This document shows positions 38,607-48,072 of a DNA stretch of 64,000 nt, piece by piece. The DNA comes from Dehalococcoidia bacterium. GTDB lineage: Bacteria; Chloroflexota; Dehalococcoidia; Lucifugimonadales; Australimonadaceae. Location of the stretch: the NCBI GenBank assembly GCA_965206315.1, contig OZ242210.1:1630724-1694723 (forward strand), given 5' to 3'. Below the pieces are notes generated by a model. That model saw only the letters and a list, made by a program, of their open reading frames with translations, did no database searches and was not told where the DNA came from. The stretch's first letter is position 1; the number at the start of each line of letters is the position of its first letter. The position numbers were made by a program, and so were the translations under genes.

Positions 38607-39719
38607 TCAGCCCCAGACCGCTCGCGCTGCGTCCGCGACTACACGGAGTTTCGCGTTCTGCTCCGCGATGCTGAGCTTGTTGCCGACGATCGACGTCCCG
38701 AAGCCGCACTGCGGGCTGATCCCAAGCTGCTCCCGGGGAAAGTGCCGCGCGGCCTCGGCGATACGCTCCGCAAGCCCCTCCGGCGTCTCGGGGCGCGGCG
38801 ACTTGGTCGTCACCAGCCCGAGCACGACCGTCTTGTCGTCGGGTACGGAGCGCAGCGGTTCGAACGAGCCTGAGCGTTCGTCGTCGTACTCCAGCATGAG
38901 CCGCTGCGCGTTCACACGACGCAGCACGGGCTCGACGAGCCGGTCGTAGCCGCCTTCGGCCAGCCAGCGGCTTCCCTGGTTGCCCTTGCAGAGGTGGAAG
39001 GCGAACGTCACATCCGGGAAACCGTCCATGACGGCGTTGTCCAGCTCGACGCCCTGCGCGACCCAGTCCTCCGCCGTCCAGCCACGGCTCCGGTAGAACT
39101 CAGCCCACGTGGGGTCCAGCACGAGCGGGTACTGCGGAGCATCGAGCTGGACATACGTTGCGCCGAGCCTGACGAGCTCCTCGATCTCCTCCCGGAGTAT
39201 CTGCGCGACGTCCGCGAGGAACGCGTCGAGGGTCGGGTAGGCTGCGGCTGACTTCGCGGGCGACCAGAAGTTGGCGAAGAGGCTGGGGCTCGGCAGCGTC
39301 ACCTTAGGGACGCGGGTGGTGCGGCCACGCAGGTACGTGAACTCCTCGGCCGAGAGGTGACGCTTGCGCCGGAGCGTGCCGGTGACCCCAAGGGTGGACG
39401 GGCGCTCCCTGTTCAGGTCCCCGACCCGCTCGTCGCCCTTCCAGTCACCCCAGAGGAAGGCGTTGAGGTCGAACTCGCCGAAGCCCTCGACCGCCTCCGG
39501 CATCTGGCTCTGGAACGAGAGCCTGCGCATCTCGCCGTCGGTGAGTATCTCCAGCCCCGCCTCCTCCTGTGCGGCGACAGCCTGATCGACCGCGGCGTCC
39601 TCGACGCGCTTGAACTCCGCAGGCCCGATCCGCCCGGCGTCGAAGTCCTCGCGAGCAGCCAGCAGCTCTCCCGGCCTGATCATGCTGCCGACCACGTCGG
39701 CGTGGGGCAGGGTCGTCAT
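38607..39719 (-). CDS. Cobalamin-independent methionine synthase II family protein (Meth_synt_2)
   Basis: VVGSMIRP, TDGEMRR, HLCKGN, LEYD, LGLVTTK, SPQCGF Zn ligands. Confidence 0.9.
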   Translation of the reverse strand: MTTLPHADVVGSMIRPGELLAAREDFDAGRIGPAEFKRVEDAAVDQAVAAQEEAGLEILTDGEMRRLSFQSQMPEAVEGFGEFDLNAFLWGDWKGDERVGDLNRERPSTLGVTGTLRRKRHLSAEEFTYLRGRTTRVPKVTLPSPSLFANFWSPAKSAAAYPTLDAFLADVAQILREEIEELVRLGATYVQLDAPQYPLVLDPTWAEFYRSRGWTAEDWVAQGVELDNAVMDGFPDVTFAFHLCKGNQGSRWLAEGGYDRLVEPVLRRVNAQRLMLEYDDERSGSFEPLRSVPDDKTVVLGLVTTKSPRPETPEGLAERIAEAARHFPREQLGISPQCGFGTSIVGNKLSIAEQNAKLRVVADAARAVWG

Positions 39720-39741
39720 GGCGTTCGCCCACGTTTCTTTA

Positions 39742-39866
39742 AGCGTTTCATAGCGTTACATCCTGTCACTTTCACTCGTGGACTGCTGTCGGTCCTGAAA
39801 CCCGTTCGTTACGTTCTGTTCCTTCCGATGTAACCCCGTGTTGGCTGGATGTAACCGGATGAAACA
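39742..39866. repeat. 10-bp-phased short repeats (GTTWCAT / ATGWAAC) in both orientations
   Basis: agcgtttcat-agcgttacat (39742-39761); gatgtaacc (39827); ggatgtaacc-ggatgaaaca (39847-39866). Confidence 0.55.
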
Positions 39867-39999
39867 GCCGCTCGGGGAGGCGGAGCAGGTATGTGTCGCG
39901 CTTCGTCTGCCATTGGAAACAGGGTACGCGGACAGGGGGCGTCGGCGTAAGGGGCGGATGTCACATAGGAGGGAGGCGTTTGCCCGCGCCACTGTGCAC

Positions 40000-40028
40000 T
40001 TGGCGGGCAGGCCAACGGCTGCGATAAT
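40000..40028 (+). promoter_or_regulatory. Putative promoter for the small protein gene
   Basis: TTGGCG-N17-GATAAT with TGn extended -10. Confidence 0.45.
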
Positions 40029-40095
40029 GGTGGAGATTCCCCACCGGCGTGAACGCTCAGGAACGCAGCGGCGTAAGCACGTTGAGGCGAGGCAT

Positions 40096-40353
40096 ATGTC
40101 ATACCAGGTCTATTTCGCAGATCTGACCGAGGAGAACCGCGGGCTCACCATGACGCTCCTCCGGTTGAAGGAAGAGGCGGGCGAGATCGAGCCTGACGAG
40201 GCCAAGCTCCTGGAAGAGTTGCGCGGCAGTCCCACGCCCTGGCCCGCGATAGCGGACGAACCCCAGCCCCGGCAGCACTTCAACCGTGGCGGCGGCCGCC
40301 GCGGCCCGCGCCGTGGCCCCTCCAACGGGCGCGCCTACCGCATCGAGGGCTGA
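40096..40353 (+). CDS. Small hypothetical protein with acidic helix and Arg/Gly-rich tail
   Basis: MSYQVYFADL...RGGGRRGPRRGP; GAGG SD; promoter-like sequence upstream; converges on mfd. Confidence 0.6.
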   Translation: MSYQVYFADLTEENRGLTMTLLRLKEEAGEIEPDEAKLLEELRGSPTPWPAIADEPQPRQHFNRGGGRRGPRRGPSNGRAYRIEG

Positions 40354-43300
40354 GCCAGCACCGCCGCCAGTTCCCCGGCCCGCTCCCGGAACGCAGCAAG
40401 CTCCTCCAGCACTTCCAGCAGCGCCTGCCCCCAGGGTGTCCGTCCCTGTTCGAGCGGGACGTGCACCTGCTGGTTCCCCACTGTCGTCCCGTGTTCGAGC
40501 GCGCGCTCCAGCGCGATGCGCGCTCCTCCCACCTCGTCGACCAGCTTCAGCGTGACGCGGTCGGTGCGGCGCGTTACCGATTCCACCCCCGCGGTCTTCG
40601 CCAGCACGCGTACGCGCACGCCGAAGAGCAGGTTGTGCAGATCGTCCGGCAGCCGGTGGCCGAAGCGCTCCATGAACTCGCGCGGCAGGTCGTCGACGGC
40701 CTCGATGGTCGTGGCGCGTGCCAGCCGCTGGTACATCGCCATCCGCGCGGGCATGTGCGGTACGAGTTCCTCCGGGATCGAGGCGGGCAGACCGAGGTCG
40801 ATGATCGGGTCGGGCGTCTGGGGCGGAGGCGGGGCGCCGCCTTCCCGCATCGCCCGCAGTTCGGCCACGGCCTCCGAGAGCAGCCGTGTGTAGAGGTCGA
40901 ACCCCACGGCCTGGATGTGTCCGCTCTGCTCGCCGCCGAGCAGGTTGCCCGCGCCGCGTATCTCCAGGTCTTTCATCGCGATGCGGAACCCGGCGCCGAG
41001 TTCGGTCGCCGCCATGATGGTCTCCAGCCTGCGCTTCGCCGTATCCGTCAGCCGTCGCCCGCGCTCCACGAGCAGGTAGGCGTAGGCGCGCTGCGACCGC
41101 CGCCCGATGCGCCCGCGCAACTGGTAGAGCTGCGCCAGTCCGAACCGGTCCGCGTGGTCCACGACCAGCGTGTTCACGTTCGGGATGTCCAGGCCGGACT
41201 CGATGATCGTCGTGCAGACGAGCACGTCCCCCTCGCCGTCGGCGAAGCGCTCCATGATCTCGGCGAGTTCGTCCTCCGGCATCTGCCCGTGTCCGATGAG
41301 TATCCGCGCCTCCGGCACGAGGTCGCGCAGCGCTCCAGCGGCCAGGTGGATGCTCTTCACGCGGTTGTGGAGAAAGAAGACCTGCCCGCCCCGGTCCAAC
41401 TCGCGCTGCACGGCCTCCTTCACGAGGTCGTCCGAGCGCTCCGCGAGGTACGTCTTGATGGGCAGCCGCTCCTCCGGCGGGGTCTCGATGGTGGAGATGT
41501 CGCGTATGCCGGACATCGCCATGTGGAGCGTTCGTGGGATGGGCGTTGCCGTGAGCGTGAGCACGTCCACCTCGCTCCGCAGTTCGCGCAGCCGCTCCTT
41601 GTGCGCCACGCCGAAGCGGTGCTCCTCGTCGATGACGACGATGCCGAGGTCCTTGAAATCCACGTCCTTCTGCACGAGCCGGTGGGTGCCGATGACCACG
41701 TCCACCTCGCCGCTCTTCAGCCCGCGCACCACCTCGTCCTGCTCCTTCGGAGTGAGGAACCGGCTGAGCATCTCCACCCGCGCCGGGAAGGGGCCCAGGC
41801 GCTCGGCGAAACTGCGGTAGTGCTGTTGTGCGAGGACGGTCGTGGGCACCAGCACCGCCGCCTGCTTCCCGCTCATCACCGCCTTGAACGCAGCCCGCAG
41901 CGCGACCTCTGTCTTGCCGTAGCCAACGTCGCCGCAGACGAGCCGGTCCATCGGGCGCGCGATCTCCATGTCCTCCTTCACGTCGTCTATCGCGCGCTGC
42001 TGATCGGGCGTCTCGACGAACGGGAAGGCGTCCTCCATCTCCCGCTGCCACGGCGTGTCGTTGCCGTGCGGAAAGCCCTCTGAGGACTCGCGCCGGGCGT
42101 AGAGCGCCAGCAGGTCTATCGCGAGCCGCTTGGTGGACTCCCGCGCCCGTGATACTGCGCGCGTCCACTCCTGCCCGCCGAGGCTCGTCAGCGACGGCGG
42201 CTTCTCCTCTCCTCCGGCGTAGGGCGAGAGCCGCGCAAGATGCTCCATCGGCACGTAGAGGCGGTCGCCGCCCGCGTATTCGAGGATGAGGTACTCGCGT
42301 CCTCCGGGCGCGTCTGTCTCCTCCGACCGTGAGCCCGTGCCTGCGAAGCGTCCTATCCCGTGGTCGACGTGCACGACGTACGCTCCGGGCGTCAGCTCCT
42401 CGACCGTCGTCGCCTGGAAGCGTTGCGCATGCCTCCGGGCGCGGGTGACCCGCTGCTTCCGCGCACCGAACACTTCCGCGTCCGACAGCAGCGTGACGAG
42501 GGGTTCGCCGCCTTCCTCCGCTGCGAGCGTCCACCCTCCCGCGACGGTTGTGTGTACGACGGTGACGCCCCGCTCCGGCGCGGCGTCCAGCGTCCGCTCC
42601 TCCGCGGCTCCCACGTCTGCCTCGGCGAGCAGTTCCCGCAGCCGCTGCGAGTGCTGCGTCGCGATCACCACCGCGCCGCGATGTCCGGCCTGCACGGCCT
42701 CGGCCAGGTCCTCGATAGCGCCCTGGTAGGACGGCGCGGCGTCGAACGGCAGCGCCACGGCGCCGCCGCCGGTCTCTCCCTGGTGGTAGCGGCTGAGCTC
42801 CAGTCGAGGGAGCCCCGCCAGTACCTGCGAGACAGTGTCCCAGTCGGCGAGCGGCGCGGGGAAACCCATCGGCAGGGCCCCGCGCTCCTCCTTCGCAAGC
42901 CGCATCTTCTCCGCGCCGCCTTCCACGTGCCGCGCGGCCTCAACGGTCTCGGAGGGCTCGTTCATCACGACGACGACGTCTTCCGGCAGGTGGTCGAGCA
43001 GCGTGTGACGCAACAGGAAGCCGGCGTAGAACGAGGCGTTGTCCAGCGATACCCCGGCGAGCAGGTCGGCCAGTTCGTCCTGGATGCGGTCACGCTCCGA
43101 CGTTCCGGTGTTGGCGAAGTCCAGACCGCGTATGAGTTCGTCGATCCGTTCGTGGTCAGCGAGCAGGGGAAGCGTCTCTCCGGCGGGAAGCACCGTAACC
43201 GCGTCAAGGTGCTCGCCGGACCGCTGCGTGTTCGCGTCGAACGCGCGGATCGAGTCGACTTCGTCGCCCCACAGGTCTATCCGCACGGGACGGTCGTACC

Positions 43301-43868
43301 CCGGCCCGTAGACGTCGACGATGCCGCCTCGCCTCGCCACGGTGCCGGGATGGTCCACCATCGATCCGACGGCATAGCCCATGCGCGCCCATCGGGTCAG
43401 CATGGGCTCGACGGCGAGCCTCTGTCCGCGCGTGAGCGTGTGCATCGCGTCCCGCAGCACGGCGGGCGGGAGCGTCTTCTGCAGGAGCCCCGTCACCGAC
43501 GCGACGATCAGCGCAGGCGCGTCAGATGTCCGGTGCAGCGCACCGAGGGCGCGGATACGCTCGTGCACCGTCCCGGCCTCCACGGAGAGCCGCTCGTAGG
43601 GCAGCACCTCCGCCTCCGCGAAGTGCAGCAGCGGGGCATCTTCGCCGCAGTACGCCTCCAGCTGGTCGAGCAGGCGCCGCGCGTCGTCAGGATGGGGACA
43701 GAGCACCAGCATCGGGCGTTGGAGGTCGCGCCACAGTCCCGCGATCACGAGGGGTTTGGCCGCGTCCGGCGCGACGGCGGCATGGACGCCGCCGGACGCC
43801 ATCGCTTCCGTCGTCCGCCGGTAGGCCGACGCCTGCCCGAGCACATCCAGCAGTCCCGTGAGACTCAA
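40335..43868 (-). CDS. mfd: Transcription-repair coupling factor Mfd
   Basis: RRGGIVD, VVHVDHGIG, PMDRLVCGDVGYGKTEVA, DEEHRFG, TATPIPRTL, QLRGRIGR, DLEIRGAGNLLG; TTG start after GGAGGG. Confidence 0.97.
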   Translation of the reverse strand: MSLTGLLDVLGQASAYRRTTEAMASGGVHAAVAPDAAKPLVIAGLWRDLQRPMLVLCPHPDDARRLLDQLEAYCGEDAPLLHFAEAEVLPYERLSVEAGTVHERIRALGALHRTSDAPALIVASVTGLLQKTLPPAVLRDAMHTLTRGQRLAVEPMLTRWARMGYAVGSMVDHPGTVARRGGIVDVYGPGYDRPVRIDLWGDEVDSIRAFDANTQRSGEHLDAVTVLPAGETLPLLADHERIDELIRGLDFANTGTSERDRIQDELADLLAGVSLDNASFYAGFLLRHTLLDHLPEDVVVVMNEPSETVEAARHVEGGAEKMRLAKEERGALPMGFPAPLADWDTVSQVLAGLPRLELSRYHQGETGGGAVALPFDAAPSYQGAIEDLAEAVQAGHRGAVVIATQHSQRLRELLAEADVGAAEERTLDAAPERGVTVVHTTVAGGWTLAAEEGGEPLVTLLSDAEVFGARKQRVTRARRHAQRFQATTVEELTPGAYVVHVDHGIGRFAGTGSRSEETDAPGGREYLILEYAGGDRLYVPMEHLARLSPYAGGEEKPPSLTSLGGQEWTRAVSRARESTKRLAIDLLALYARRESSEGFPHGNDTPWQREMEDAFPFVETPDQQRAIDDVKEDMEIARPMDRLVCGDVGYGKTEVALRAAFKAVMSGKQAAVLVPTTVLAQQHYRSFAERLGPFPARVEMLSRFLTPKEQDEVVRGLKSGEVDVVIGTHRLVQKDVDFKDLGIVVIDEEHRFGVAHKERLRELRSEVDVLTLTATPIPRTLHMAMSGIRDISTIETPPEERLPIKTYLAERSDDLVKEAVQRELDRGGQVFFLHNRVKSIHLAAGALRDLVPEARILIGHGQMPEDELAEIMERFADGEGDVLVCTTIIESGLDIPNVNTLVVDHADRFGLAQLYQLRGRIGRRSQRAYAYLLVERGRRLTDTAKRRLETIMAATELGAGFRIAMKDLEIRGAGNLLGGEQSGHIQAVGFDLYTRLLSEAVAELRAMREGGAPPPPQTPDPIIDLGLPASIPEELVPHMPARMAMYQRLARATTIEAVDDLPREFMERFGHRLPDDLHNLLFGVRVRVLAKTAGVESVTRRTDRVTLKLVDEVGGARIALERALEHGTTVGNQQVHVPLEQGRTPWGQALLEVLEELAAFRERAGELAAVLAQPSMR

Positions 43869-43989
43869 GCGGTCCCTCCGTGCCGTCGCGATAGACGCAG
43901 ACAAGCGCCCCACGCTCAGATATCGAGGGACGCACTTGTCGCCGGTCAGTCCCGGCATGGGGTTGAGTGTAACAGGCCGCGCTGTCTCG

Positions 43990-44018
43990 TTGACGGAGCG
44001 GGGGCGCGTCGCTAATGT
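43990..44018 (+). promoter_or_regulatory. Sigma70 promoter for the RCC1-repeat lipoprotein
   Basis: TTGACG-N17-TAATGT. Confidence 0.6.
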
Positions 44019-44030
44019 TCCTTGAGGGTT

Positions 44031-45677
44031 ATGTCGTCTTCACGCACCCTCCCCATCTCCCGCCTCGCGACGATGCTTTCGGGGCGGTCAGTGTCCTGCG
44101 CCGCGCTCCTGTGCGTGTGCGCGGCGCTCCTCGCGCTTGCCGCATGCAGGCCGGAAGCGCCGACCGCTACGCCTCTCCCGGAGCCGACGCCGACCCCCAC
44201 GAGCACACCGACGCCCACGCCGATGCCTACGTTTACTCCGGTGCCGACGGCTACGCCTACGCCGAGCCCGACCGCCACCGCCACTCCGGTCCCCCTGCCC
44301 GCGACGCCCACTCCCGTTCCGCCTACCCACACGCCTACACCCATCCCGCCTACTCACACGCCTACGCCAGTGCCCACTGCCACGGCGACCCCCACCGCCA
44401 CGCCCACCCCCCTTCCCAAGCCGTGGACCGCGTTCGGGCCCGGCTGGTGGCGCGTGGACGTGGACGTCGTCCCCGGCGTGTACGTGAGCGAGAGCCTCAC
44501 CGGGAACTGCGAGTGGATCCGCGCGCACAACATCCGCGCCCGCGAGGGTGAGGTCATCGGCTCCGGTTCGGCGAGCAGCGGCGTGTTGCGCGTGGCGGTC
44601 CTGCCCACCGATGCGGCCATCATCACCTCGACCGGCTGCGGGACGTGGACGCTCGAAACGCCCTCGAGCAACCCGCCGCCCCAGGACCCCACCTTCTCCC
44701 GACGCAATCAGCCCACGACGCTGAGCAGCAGCGGCGATCACACATGCGCGCTCCGGCCGGACATGACCGTCTTCTGCTGGGGCAGCGACGTCCACGGCCA
44801 GTCCTCACCCGAGAAACTCAAAGACGAGAACGACGAACCGCTGCCGCCCGAGGAGCTGCTCTTCACGTCCATCAGCGCGGGCGACCTCAACACGTGCGGA
44901 CTGCGCCCGGACCTCACGTTGCTCTGCTGGGGCGACGACACCCATGGGCAGTCGACTCCGCGCGTGCGGACCACGCCCGGTATCGGCGATTTCTTCATCG
45001 GCTTGGATCTTGGCGCGATACACGGTTGTGCGATACGCCGCGACTTCGCTCCCGTCTGCTGGGGCAGCAACAGGCCTGAACTCGCAGGCGTCCCGACTCC
45101 CACGCCCGCCAGCACCGACCCGGACTACTGGGACGGCCTGAAGCGCGCCGACCCGCCGCCGAACGAGCGGTTCGACGTCATCAGCAGCGGCCTGCAGCAC
45201 ACCTGCGCGCTCCGCAGGGACGGATCGGCCGTCTGCTGGGGCGACGGCCGCTACGGGCAGACCACGCCGCCGGAGGGCGGGAAGTACACCGCCATCAGCG
45301 CCGGTGCCCTGCACACGTGCGCCATCGATACGGACGGGGCAGCGGTCTGCTGGGGATCCAACGAGATGAGGCAGGCAACGCCGCCGCAAGGGGTCAACTT
45401 CAGCGCCATCAGCAGTGGCATCCGGCATACCTGCGCGTTGCGGTCGGACGGGGCAGCCGCCTGCTGGGGCAGCGACGCGCAGGGGCAGTCGTCCCCGCCG
45501 GACCCGGACGCCCGGTACGCGGCCATCAGCAGCGGCGGCGTGCACACCTGCGCGTTGGAGGTGGACGGAACGGCGGTCTGCTGGGGACGGGATGCGTACG
45601 GCCAGGCGTCGCCGCCGGAAGACGAGCGTTTCGCGGTGGGCCGTACGGGAGCGGTGATAGCCGAGCCGATGAGGTGA
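44031..45677 (+). CDS. Lipoprotein with long Pro/Thr linker and RCC1/BLIP-II-type repeats
   Basis: Lipobox LAAC; about 85-aa PT tract; about 7 repeats of ISSGxxHTCALxxDGxAVCWG; start may be 44031 or 44073. Confidence 0.85.
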   Translation: MSSSRTLPISRLATMLSGRSVSCAALLCVCAALLALAACRPEAPTATPLPEPTPTPTSTPTPTPMPTFTPVPTATPTPSPTATATPVPLPATPTPVPPTHTPTPIPPTHTPTPVPTATATPTATPTPLPKPWTAFGPGWWRVDVDVVPGVYVSESLTGNCEWIRAHNIRAREGEVIGSGSASSGVLRVAVLPTDAAIITSTGCGTWTLETPSSNPPPQDPTFSRRNQPTTLSSSGDHTCALRPDMTVFCWGSDVHGQSSPEKLKDENDEPLPPEELLFTSISAGDLNTCGLRPDLTLLCWGDDTHGQSTPRVRTTPGIGDFFIGLDLGAIHGCAIRRDFAPVCWGSNRPELAGVPTPTPASTDPDYWDGLKRADPPPNERFDVISSGLQHTCALRRDGSAVCWGDGRYGQTTPPEGGKYTAISAGALHTCAIDTDGAAVCWGSNEMRQATPPQGVNFSAISSGIRHTCALRSDGAAACWGSDAQGQSSPPDPDARYAAISSGGVHTCALEVDGTAVCWGRDAYGQASPPEDERFAVGRTGAVIAEPMR

Positions 45678-45753
45678 CATCCGCCCATTGCGCGTTCCGG
45701 CGCCCGCCTGGGATGATGTCTCCAGCGGCATAGCGACAGAGCGATACATCGGG

Positions 45754-45793
45754 AGAGCCCCGGTCTGAGAGAGACCGGGGCTCTTTCGCGTTT
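45754..45793 (+). terminator. Probable intrinsic terminator
   Basis: agagccccggtct-gagag-agaccggggctct 13-bp stem followed by ttcgcgttt. Confidence 0.75.
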
Positions 45794-45838
45794 CGCGAAC
45801 GCGTGTCGCATACACGAGGACCGGCAAGGAGGCTGGAG

Positions 45839-47017
45839 ATGCTGAGAACGTTGCGGGAAGTTATGGACGGTATCGCGGTACGACGGGCGAACGCGCCGCT
45901 TGCGGCGTCGTTGCGGACGCTCGCGCCGGACAGAGGAGTCGGCGCCGAGTGGCAGTCGACCAGCTACGGCGAGTACTACGCCAGGAGCGCCGACGTGTAT
46001 GCGGCCGTGAAGCTCCGCGCGGAGGCGGCGTCCCGTCCGCCGCTGCAGGTGCGGGAGGTCGATGCCTCAGGCGCGTGGCGTTGGGTGGGGCCGGAGCATC
46101 CTGCGCAGCGACTGATCGATACGGTCAACGGTTGGTGGAGCAGGAGCGATCTGCTCATCGCCACGGAGACGTACCTCTGCCTGTGGGGCGCCGCGTTCTG
46201 GTACCTCGGACGCTCAGCGAAGGCGTCTGCGTCCGCCGTGCCGGACGAGATATGGGCGCTGCGGCCCGACCGTGTGCGGATCGTGCGCGACCCGGAGCGG
46301 TACGTCGCGGGGTTCGTCTACGAGGAGCGGGGACGGGAGACGGCCCTCCTGCCGGAGGAGGTGGTCTGGTTCCGCTACTTCAACCCGCTGGAGGAGTTCG
46401 CCGGGTTTGCGCCGATGGCAGCCGCGCGGCTCACCGCCGACATGGGCATGGACGCGCTGCGGTTCAACCGCGAGTTCTTCCGCAACGGCGCTCAGCCGCA
46501 GGACCTCGTCTTCCGTGCGACCGGGCCCGTCACCGACGGGCAGATCACCGAGTTCTATTCGAGGCTGGAAGCCCGCCACGCCGGGCCGGGCCGAGCGCAT
46601 CGTCCTCTCGTCACCGGCGACGCCTGGGAGGTGCAGCGACTGGGGCTGGACCAGCGCGATATGGAGTGGCTCGCCGGACTGCGGTGGAGCCTCGAGGGCG
46701 TCGCACGCGTGTACGGCGTCCCGCTGCCGCTGCTGGAGGACTTCAGCCACGCGACGCTCAATAACGTGCGGGAGGCGCGCCGCATGTTCTGGGAGAAGAC
46801 GATGGTCCCGGAGCTGACGTTCCTCGCGGGCGCGATCAACGAGGGGCTGATACCGAGGCTCGGCCCGTCGGCGCGGGGACTGTCCGTGGCGTTCGACCTC
46901 ACGCAGGTCGAGGCGCTGTCGGAGACGGAGAGCGAGCGCACGAAGCGTCAGGTGGCGCTCGTGCAGGCGGGCATCCTCACGCAAGAGGAGGCAAGACGGG
47001 AGCGCGGTTTGAGCTAA
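45839..47017 (+). CDS. HK97-family phage portal protein (solitary)
   Basis: VYAAVKLRA, HPAQRL, WALRPDRV, FRYFNP, FFRNGAQP, VARVYGVP, ATLNN, GILTQEEARRERGL; AAGGAGG SD. Confidence 0.88.
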   Translation: MLRTLREVMDGIAVRRANAPLAASLRTLAPDRGVGAEWQSTSYGEYYARSADVYAAVKLRAEAASRPPLQVREVDASGAWRWVGPEHPAQRLIDTVNGWWSRSDLLIATETYLCLWGAAFWYLGRSAKASASAVPDEIWALRPDRVRIVRDPERYVAGFVYEERGRETALLPEEVVWFRYFNPLEEFAGFAPMAAARLTADMGMDALRFNREFFRNGAQPQDLVFRATGPVTDGQITEFYSRLEARHAGPGRAHRPLVTGDAWEVQRLGLDQRDMEWLAGLRWSLEGVARVYGVPLPLLEDFSHATLNNVREARRMFWEKTMVPELTFLAGAINEGLIPRLGPSARGLSVAFDLTQVEALSETESERTKRQVALVQAGILTQEEARRERGLS

Positions 47018-47208
47018 CGGCGATCTCGCTTGCTCACCCAGGGGCCGGGCGGGCCGTCCAGCGGCGTGCAGACGCGGCACGGGCGGTACCCCGCCACGGC
47101 TGCCTCGCGTTCGTCCGCGAAGGTGACGCGGTGGTCCGGCCTCGTACGGCGGCCCGGCGGACAGTTGGGACGGCAGAAGATGCGCGTGGTCGTGCAGCCG
47201 TTGAACAA
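47014..47208 (-). CDS. Stand-alone Ada-type Zn-binding (methylphosphotriester repair) domain protein
   Basis: TTTRIFCRPNC...F...A...GYRPCRVC matches the Ada N-terminal metal-binding domain. Confidence 0.78.
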   Translation of the reverse strand: MFNGCTTTRIFCRPNCPPGRRTRPDHRVTFADEREAAVAGYRPCRVCTPLDGPPGPWVSKRDRR

Positions 47209-47232
47209 GGCATCACCCGCGCGCCCAGCCCG

Positions 47233-47967
47233 TCATACGGCGAGGTCTGTGGCGGAGTTGAGGTGGTCATAGGCGCTCTTGAAGTCTGCGAGGGTGTCGA
47301 TGTCGGTCCAGAAGAGGCCCTCTATGTCTCGCGTCGTGACCCCGCAGGGCTCGTTCGCGAGGTGCTGCATCACGCGGCTCAGCTCCAGCGCGGCGCCCTC
47401 CCTGGCATAGAGCAGGTCCAGGGTGGCGAAGATGGACGGCTGGAATACGAAGACGCCGATGTCCACGGCGTTCCAGCGCCGCAGTTCCTTGCCGATGCGC
47501 CGGAGGAAGCCGTCGTCGTCCACCAGCACCTTCGTAGCGTCGCTCAACTGGCTCTCCATCGACGCAGCCGAGTCCACGCCCAGCATCGCCGGGTGCTCGC
47601 ACTCTCCCGTCAGCCGGACGGCAACGCCCGGCTCGATGATGTGGTCGCTCATGGCGAGCATGAACGGCCCGCCACCCGCGAAGTCCCGCGCGGCTCGGAC
47701 AGAGACCGCGTTGCCGCCCTCGAACTCCGGGTTGTGGATGAACTCCAGCCGCACGCCCTTCGGCGCCCAATCCGTGAGCCCCTCCATGATCTGCTCTTTC
47801 TGATAGCCGACGACGATACCGACCTCCCGGATCCCCGCCTCAGCCATCGCGGTAAGCGGGTACCAGATGAGCGGGCGCTCTCTGAGATGGATCAGCGGCT
47901 TCGGCGTCCGGTACGTGAATGGCCGGAGTCTGCCGCCATCGCCGGCAGCGAGAATCACTCCTTGCAT
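47233..47967 (-). CDS. NTP transferase (phosphocholine/inositol-phosphate cytidylyltransferase-like)
   Basis: ILAAGDGGRLRP...PKPL, MSDH, ATKV, DIGVF, WTDIDT. Confidence 0.85.
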   Translation of the reverse strand: MQGVILAAGDGGRLRPFTYRTPKPLIHLRERPLIWYPLTAMAEAGIREVGIVVGYQKEQIMEGLTDWAPKGVRLEFIHNPEFEGGNAVSVRAARDFAGGGPFMLAMSDHIIEPGVAVRLTGECEHPAMLGVDSAASMESQLSDATKVLVDDDGFLRRIGKELRRWNAVDIGVFVFQPSIFATLDLLYAREGAALELSRVMQHLANEPCGVTTRDIEGLFWTDIDTLADFKSAYDHLNSATDLAV

Positions 47968-48072
47968 GGCACGCTCCTTCAGCGTCGTGCTATAGATGCC
48001 TGTCCGCCGGGGGATAGCGGTGGCGGCGCCCTCAGCTTGCCAGGGCGCGCGAGAGAAAACGGCCTGAGGCAG

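Noticed and set aside
39720-39990. SAM or cobalamin riboswitch upstream of the Met-synthase-II-like gene
   Set aside because: No recognisable riboswitch core motifs by eye; an Rfam scan would be decisive.
44160-44420. Low-complexity CCG/ACG repeats as a possible DNA repeat array
   Set aside because: Explained by the Pro/Thr linker coding sequence of the lipoprotein.
45839-47017. Prophage
   Set aside because: Only a portal gene is present; no integrase, terminase, capsid, tail gene or att repeats were seen.
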